Shown here: in pieces, positions 56,050 through 64,000 of the stretch
Layout of the letters: each line of letters starts with the position of its first letter
How positions within the stretch are numbered: the first letter of the stretch is position 1
NCBI GenBank assembly: GCA_964016885.1
Contig: OZ024746.1
Coordinates: 38,316,001-38,380,000, forward strand
From: Eledone cirrhosa
Lineage: Eukaryota
Length of the DNA stretch: 64,000 nt
Direction of reading: 5' to 3'
Notes under the pieces: model-generated
Databases searched by the model: none
What the model saw: only the letters and a program-made list of their open reading frames with translations
Told to the model about the DNA's origin: nothing
Made by a program: the position numbers and the translations under genes

Positions 56050-56284
56050 ATGAAAATGCAGAACGTAAAGAACCATAACTATATGCCGCTAAGCAAGTTG
56101 TCCGACGCTCTACCGATTCTGCAAATAAAAGATAATAATTATTTTTAATTTAGACACAAGGCCAGTAATTTAGGTGAAGGTCAAAGTCGATTATATCGAC
56201 CCCTGTTATTGACTGGTATTTTATTTTATCAACCGCGAAAGGATGACAATCAAATCTGACCTCAGCGGAAATTGAACTCTGAAC

Positions 56285-56286
<2 letters not shown>
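56050..56286 (-). mobile_element. Fragments of older SINE copies
   Basis: tccgacgctctaccgattctgc head and cacaaggccag...tattttatcaaccgcgaaaggatga...ttgaactc body. Confidence 0.7.
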
Positions 56287-56331
<45 letters not shown>

Positions 56332-56442
56332 CATCGCCATCATTGTTGTCTTTGTCGTCATCAACATTATCATCATCTTCATTATCAGCGTCCCCATTAT
56401 CATCATCATCATCATCATCATCATTTTCAATATCATCAACAC

Positions 56443-56492
<50 letters not shown>

Positions 56493-56732
56493 GGAACATC
56501 ATCATCAACATCACGGTATCCGACGAAATTATCTTCCAAACAAATTCCACCACCGCTATCATCATCACCACAATCGTTGACGTCGGCACCGTTCTACTTT
56601 ACAAAACGCGTTAACATTTATCCAATTTCGAATTGAAGGGTCTGAAAACATTTCCGACAACTAGACAGATTGAAGAGGGGAAAAAAGAAGACAAAATAAA
56701 ACAAAGCTTAAATGCAAGAGAGAGAGGGGGGG

Positions 56733-56801
<69 letters not shown>

Positions 56802-56822
56802 GGGAAAGCGAGAGAGAGAGAG
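56286..56822. repeat. (AAT)n, (CAT)n and (AG)n microsatellites
   Basis: Direct reading. Confidence 0.93.
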
Positions 56823-57086
56823 GGGGGAACAAACAGACAGATAGACCGACAGACAGAGACACAGAGAGAGAGGGTGTGAGACGGGTGAGAGGGAGAGGAT
56901 GGGGAATAGTCGTGATGGTTTTAGTGAAAGTGAATATATATATAATGGGAGTGGTGGTTGTAATAGTTTTTACTTAGTTGTTTAGCCACAGGTTAAGCCT
57001 AGGTTCATACAGTTCTATGATCAGAAGTATTCTAGCCGTGACCATTACTTCTTTTTTTTAGTATCTAACACTATACTTTAAATAAT

Positions 57087-57674
57087 TGTTTCTACTTTTG
57101 GCACAAGGCCAGCAATTACCCAGTGCATTACTGGTACTTTATTTTATCGACCCCGTAAGGATGAAATGCAAAGTCAACCTCGGCGGGATTTGAACTCAGA
57201 TCGTAAAGGGACGTAACTATGCTGGAAAGCATGGCGTCCGACCCTCTACCGATACTGCCAATCCACCGCCCACTATACTTTAAATAATGTATTCTACTTT
57301 TGGCACAAGGCCAGCAATTACCCAGTGCATTACTGGTACTTTATTTTATCGACCCCGTAAGGATGAAATGCAAAGTCAATCTCGGTGGGATTTGAACTCA
57401 GATCGTAAAGGGACGTAACTATGCTGGAAAGCATGGCGTCCGACCGTCTACCGATTCTGCCAATCCACCGCCCACTATACTTTAAATAATTGTTTCTACT
57501 TTTGGCACAAGACCAGCAATTACCCAGTGCATTACTGGTACTTTATTTTATCGACCCCGTAAGGATGAAAGGCAAAGTTAACCTCGGCGGAATTTGAACT
57601 CAGAATGGCAAGGGCCGTAACTCTATGCGTCAAAGCATGGCGTCCGACCCTCTACCGATACTGCCAGTCCACCG
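57087..57674 (-). mobile_element. Three full-length SINEs in tandem, each bounded by the same target sequence
   Basis: cactatactttaaataat at 57069, 57271 and 57473; tactttaaataat at 57675. Confidence 0.93.
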
Positions 57675-57742
57675 TACTTTAAATAATGTATTCTTTTCCA
57701 TTCTTAAAACAGTACTTTGTTATTTGGGAAACTTCTATTTCT

Positions 57743-59711
57743 GTAGTAGTGGTGGCTTTGGTGGTTTCGGTGGTGTTGGTGGTGGAGGTAGCAGTGGTGT
57801 TGCTGGTGGTAGTAGTGGTGGTAGTGGTGGTTCTGGTGGTGTTGGTGGTGGTGGTGCTGGCAGTGGTGTTTCTGATAGTGGTGGTGCTGGTGGTGCTGGT
57901 AGTAGTGGTGCTGGTGGTGGTGGTGGTGGTAGTGGTGGCTTTGGTGGTTTCGGTGGTGTTGGTGATGGTGGTAGCAGTGGTGTTGCTGGTGGTAGTAGTG
58001 GTGGTAGTGGAGGTTCTGGTGGTGTTGGTGGTGCTGGCAGTGGTGTTTCTGGTAGTGGTGGTGCTGGTGGTGGTGGTAGTAGTGGTTCTGGTGGTGTTGC
58101 TGGTGGTAGTGGTGGTGGTAGTAGTGGTTCTGGTGGTGTTGGTGGTGGTGGTGCTGGTAGTGGTGTTTCTGGTAGTGGTGGTGCTGGTGGTGGTGGTAGT
58201 GGTGGCTTTGGTGGTTTCGGTGGTGTTGGTGGTGCTGATGGTAGCTGTGGGGTTGCTGGTGGTGGTGGTAGTGGTGGTGCTGGTGGTGGTAGTGGTAGCT
58301 TTGGTGGTTTTGGTGGTGTTGCTGAGGGTGTTGGTGGTGGTGTTGGTGGTCGGTGGTAGTAGTAGTGGTGGTGGTGGTGGTTTTGGTAGTGGCATTGGTG
58401 TTGCTGGTGGTAAACTGGTGGTGGGTAGTGGTGGTGGTGGTGGTGTTGGTGATGGGGGTGCTAATGGTATTGGTATTGGTGGTGCTGGGGGTGTTGGTGG
58501 TGGTAGTGGCAGAGGGGTTGCTGGGGCTGGTGGTGGTAGTGGTGGTTGTGTGTGTGTGGTAGTGGTGTTGCTGAGGGTGTTGGTGGTGGTAGTGGCAGAG
58601 GGGTTGTTGGGGCTGGTGGTGGTTGTGGTGTTAGTGGTGGTAGTGGTGGTAGTGGTGTTGCTGAGGGTGTTGGTGGTGGTAGTGGCAGAGGGTTTGATGG
58701 GGCTGGTGGTGGTTGTGGTGTTAGTGGTGGTAGTGGTGGTTGTGTGTGTGTGGTAGTGGTGTTGCTGAGGGTGTTGGTGGTGGTAGTGGTGGTGGTTGTG
58801 GTAGTGGTGTTGGTGGTGGTGTTGGTGGTGGTGCTGGTGGTGGTAGTGGTATTGGTGGTGGTGGTTGTGGTGGTGGTGGTGGTGGTGGTGGTGGTGGTGG
58901 TGGTGGTGGTGGTGGTGGTGGTGGTTGTGGTAATGGTGTTGGTGGTGGTGTTGGTGGTGGTGGTGGTGTTGGTGGTAGTGGTATTGGTGGTGGTGGTTGT
59001 GGTGGTGGTGGTGGTGGTGGTGGTTGTGGTAATGGTATTGGTGGTGGTGTTGGTGGTGGTGGTGGTACTGGTATTGGTGGTGGTGGTGGTGGTGGTGGTT
59101 GTTGTGGTAGTGGCAGTGGTGTTGCTGGTGGTAAAGTGGTGGTGGTAGTGGTCGTGGTAGTGGTCGTGGTAGTGGTCGTGATGGTAGTGGCAGAGGCGTT
59201 ACTGGTGCTGATGCTGGTGGTGCTGGTGGTGCTGGTGTTGGTGATAGTCGCGGCGACAGTGGTTGTGATAGTTTTGGTGGTAACTGTGAAATTGCCGCTG
59301 TTGCTACAGCTGCTACTGCTGCTGCTGCTACTGATGCTGCTACTGCTATTGCTACTGCTACTGCTGCTACAGCTGCTTCTACTGTTGCTTTTTGTAGTAG
59401 TGCTGGGGTGGAGGTGGTGGTGTTGGTGGTAGTGGTGGTGGTCGTGCTGGTGGTGTTGGTGGTGGTATTGGTGGTGGTGCTGGTGGTGGTGGTCGTGCTG
59501 GTGGTGTTGCTGGTGGTATTGGTGGTGGTGCTGGTGGTGGTCGTGCTGGTGGTGTTGCTGGTGGTATTGGTGGTGGTGCTGGTGGTGGTCGTGCTGGTGG
59601 TGTTGGTGGTGGTATTGGTGGTGGTGCTGGTGGTGGTCGTGCTGGTGGTGTTGGTGGTGGTATTGGTGGTGGTGCTGGTGGTGGTCGTGTTGGTGGTGTT
59701 GGTGGTGGTAT
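57743..59711. repeat. ~2-kb degenerate (GGT)n array with higher-order repeats
   Basis: gctttggtggttt(c/t)ggtggtgtt four times; a ~48-bp unit beginning ggtcgtgctggtggtgtt about six times at 59440-59711. Confidence 0.9.
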
Positions 59712-60286
59712 TTTATGGAACGGGTTTGACATGAATATTCTTCGTTGAAATACAACAAACTATTAAGGGATATAAAATTCGAATCTCAGCAAACAATAAC
59801 AGTTCAATATAAAATCAAGCCATATCCGACCATCAATACAGACATAAACACTAGACACAACTGTAACCAAGCCAAGCGATAAGTAAGCCAACACAATGAG
59901 AACAGCTTGATAGCTGCTTGTCTACTGAAAAGTTTAAAACTTAAAAAGGAAATTTTTCTAACACAGCATCATCACTATTTCATCTTCGTATTACTAGAGA
60001 CCACTAACACACATTATACTACAACACAGCTACAACAAACTAAACCAAACCTTACAATGCCACACGCCGTACAGAACCAAGCATATTGCACGAACCAACG
60101 CCCATCCGCACGCCTCTCATTCGATGGTTGTATGCCAAAGTTTTAATGAACTTGGCCACAATGTTGAGTATTTCCAGATAAACACAGTTGGAACATTGCC
60201 CAAAAGTGCATCCCCCTACGACACAGGTCGTCCGAGGTGTATAATAGCTCTCACTGGGTGATTTCTACACACGGGAAGGCTATAAG

Positions 60287-60342
<56 letters not shown>

Positions 60343-60589
60343 GCATTACTACATTTATTGAAACCTTGTTTGTAAAAAGAGTTCACATTACCATTTAGCA
60401 GTCAGATTGGCCGTTTCCTTTCAAGACGAATGGCAGGTCGAATTACCTAGATATATTTTGTTGTTTGTTACTTTACTCATTTATCAATACGTTTCAGATA
60501 ATTCTGTAAGGATGAGTTCGTTTTAATGATACACACACACACACACGCACGCACACACATACACATATATACATACATACATATACCGG

Positions 60590-61090
60590 CTACAATTTCT
60601 CCTTACCTACCACCCCTCCACCTTGTCCCTCCATTCGGTCCCAGCCACCTCCACTATTTTCCAGCGTTCGCGTAACCTCCTAAATCTCCTTGTCCGCAGT
60701 TCGGTTCCCCTCCAACACATCTTCCGGATCCCACTCCTACTCTCAACCCCACTTCCACACTTGTCTTTCCTCACTGGACTTAGCCAGCCGAAAATTCCAC
60801 ATGAGGAACTACTTCTGCTGCACTTCCATGGGTCTTGCTTATGGAATCTGTTGCACACAAATATGAAGACATCAATATTGATCAATCCGGCCGTCGTTTC
60901 GCGAACAGATTTGATATCTAACTAAGCAACTCGTCTCTAATCGCCTGACAATTCTCCTCCGCCCGACACCCACGAACCAACTCATAATGTTCGAATTCAT
61001 CATCAGCGCCGGACCATGGATTCATGCCTCAGTAGGGAACAGCTGCACATTTTTTCTCTCCAACCTTTCCCCGAATCTAAACGCACCACC
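60590..61090 (+). mobile_element. Decayed Penelope-like element, RT linker and GIY-YIG endonuclease region
   Basis: FQRSRNLLNLLVRS (60659-60700), NIDQSGRRFANRF (~60874; cf. YIGETGRRL..RF) and REQLHIF (~61034), in PLE order. Confidence 0.62.
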
Positions 61091-61290
61091 ATTTAGCCCC
61101 TAGGCAGCGCATTCCTCACATATATCAACATTTCACTCACACACACATACACAGGAACCACCCCCAATAACACACTAACACGTCCGCCAGCACCCCACAG
61201 CATACACAGACACATGGCTACACAAATACACCTCTGGAACTGCACATGAACAAATGCACACGTGCACACGTGCACTCACATACACACACG

Positions 61291-61819
<529 letters not shown>

Positions 61820-61896
61820 ATATATAGCGGTAGGTCCTAGAGCCGGTGGAGATCCTGGCCTTGGGTTCAATCCTGGTCAAGAGGTATATGTAATAT

Positions 61897-61933
<37 letters not shown>

Positions 61934-62087
61934 TATTTGTTTGTTAAGATAATCAAATTAAATTAGTTCAACAGATAAACACACAGGAATAATAAGGTTG
62001 CTACTAAAGAGCCAGAAGATTGACAAGTCAACTCTAAATATGACTAATAGCTCTAAGCAAGCCAAGAACGAAAGAACATCTTTTTAA

Positions 62088-62410
62088 CTTTGATTTTGAG
62101 ACTAGGTTTATAATTATCAATTTTCATTATGCTTTTGTAGTTGTCTCGGTGGCCTAGTTGGAGGAATCATAGACGGTGGTGTTCTGAAGTTCGATCCTGA
62201 TCGGGAGTAGGGGTCCCGGTAACATATTTCAGTTTTTTTTTCTATTGATTGGAAAATAAAAACTGAAAAAGGTTACATATACCTCTTGATCATGATTGAA
62301 CCCAAGGCCAGGATCTCCACCGGCTCTATGACCTACCGCTAGACCACAGAGACAACTATGGAGCACTTATGAAAATGTATACTTATAAACCTACTTTCAA
62401 AATTTTCAAA
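62088..62410. repeat. Diverged inverted repeat containing two convergent tRNA-like heads; extra head fragment at 61825-61893
   Basis: tagttgtctcggtggcctag (+, 62138) and tagttgtctctgtggtctag (-, 62358). B-box-like GTTCGATCC and GGTTCAATC. T-runs between the heads. Confidence 0.65.
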
Positions 62411-62661
62411 ACAAATTGATATGCTGTCGTCCATGTCTTTCTTACTGTTATTGCTCCTACTTAAGGCTGACTTCTAAATCATTTGGGTGTTCCATAAACT
62501 ACATCCTCGTTTTGTTTCTCATCTATCTAGTCTATTTTTTAACCTGTAATCCTGTTTCATTTCTGTTACACTTCATTCCCCTCCCCCTCTTTCTCTTTCT
62601 CTCTATGATATTTGAATCTACTATAATTTGGGCTTACTTTATTCATACTTACAAGGATTGT

Positions 62662-62984
<323 letters not shown>

Positions 62985-62995
62985 ATATATATATG

Positions 62996-63100
62996 CAGTG
63001 GCGACCTGGGTCTAAAGATATTGGTTGCAAAGAGATGAAGGGGGTCCACTACATATAAAATGCTATCATCTAATGTTTATAATGAACAAATAACATTTTC
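62996..63100 (+). mobile_element. Left end of a second hAT-like MITE copy
   Basis: cagtggcgacctgggtctaaagatattggttgc aligns with 61291-61385. Confidence 0.6.
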
Positions 63101-63252
63101 AAAAAATACAAAAGTGGAAACAGTACAATCAAATTTTTGCGGAAAAAATATCTTACATTCTCCAATAAAAAATATTATGTTTTTTGCGAAATCCAGATAC
63201 TTTCAATAATGACGATTGGTCTTTCACACTCACTCTCTCTCTATATATATAT

Positions 63253-63499
63253 ATAAATTAATAAAAATAATGAATAAAAACAAAGAAACAGTTCCTTATA
63301 TTAAAAAATTCATCATTTTACGATCGCTTCTAGGATATATGTGTTTGTGTTCGTATGTATATCATATAGATCTATGTAAAATGTTTACAAACTATCAGAA
63401 CACAAACACATATATATCCTAGAAACGATCGTAAAATGATGAATTTTTTAATATAAGGAACTGTTTCTTTGTTTTTATTCATTATTTTTATTAATTTAT
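63253..63499. repeat. Fold-back element FB8: ~100-bp arms, ~45-bp spacer, 3' half of a hammerhead-like motif
   Basis: 63253-63352 is the reverse complement of 63398-63499. GAAAC-gatc-GTA at 63422-63433. Confidence 0.88.
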
Positions 63500-63631
63500 C
63501 TTGACTCTGTTTTCCTGTATTTTTCATCGGAAAAAAAATTTTTGAATACATCTCTTTTCATGATATTCGGATTACATGGAGTTCTTCATACGGATTGGAC
63601 ACTACCGTACATTTTGGTAGATTTATCTACA

Positions 63632-63716
<85 letters not shown>

Positions 63717-63871
63717 TAACAGATTAAAGTTTAAGCAAAGAATCGCTGCTTTCACCCTTAACGGGATTTTCTGAAACTAAAAATATTTACTCTACGGTTC
63801 TTATATATTTGATATATATTTATCCTTATCGAGCCGTCTTTGGATTTAGTCTTCAAATTTATTATTATTAC

Positions 63872-63940
63872 TCGATAAAATAAAGTACCAGTAATGTTCT
63901 GAGTAATTGCTGGCCTTGTGCCTAAAGTAGAAACAATTAT

Positions 63941-63942
<2 letters not shown>
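63872..63942 (+). mobile_element. SINE 3' fragment
   Basis: tcgataaaataaagtaccagtaatg...gtgcctaaagtagaaacaattatt. Confidence 0.85.

Positions 63943-64000
<58 letters not shown>

Noticed and set aside
57069-57687. CRISPR-like pattern of short identical repeats with intervening sequence
   Set aside because: The intervening units are homologous SINEs and the repeats are TSDs; eukaryotic DNA with no cas genes.

Overview
AT-rich, microsatellite-dense eukaryotic DNA with no recognisable host protein-coding gene. The repeat landscape looks like a coleoid cephalopod such as Octopus (inference). The window holds two copies of a decayed L1/Tx1-clade LINE (one full length, 32962-38989) and several R4/Dong-clade RLE retrotransposons sitting in (TAA)n tracts (one near full length, 28390-31944). 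It also holds about 20 copies of one tRNA-derived SINE family, two tandem non-autonomous RTE derivatives in (ATGT)n, and remnants of CRE, RTE, Penelope and hAT elements. The most unusual structure is a cluster of fold-back elements (long inverted repeats with arms of about 70-365 bp) at 45.5-53.2 kb and 62-63.5 kb. Their arms are unrelated in sequence, yet most carry a hammerhead-ribozyme core with the same polarity (head-to-head, 3' ends outward, often next to (AT)n). They are candidate palindromic Penelope-dependent retrozyme-like elements. Most long ORFs in the supplied track are microsatellite translations.
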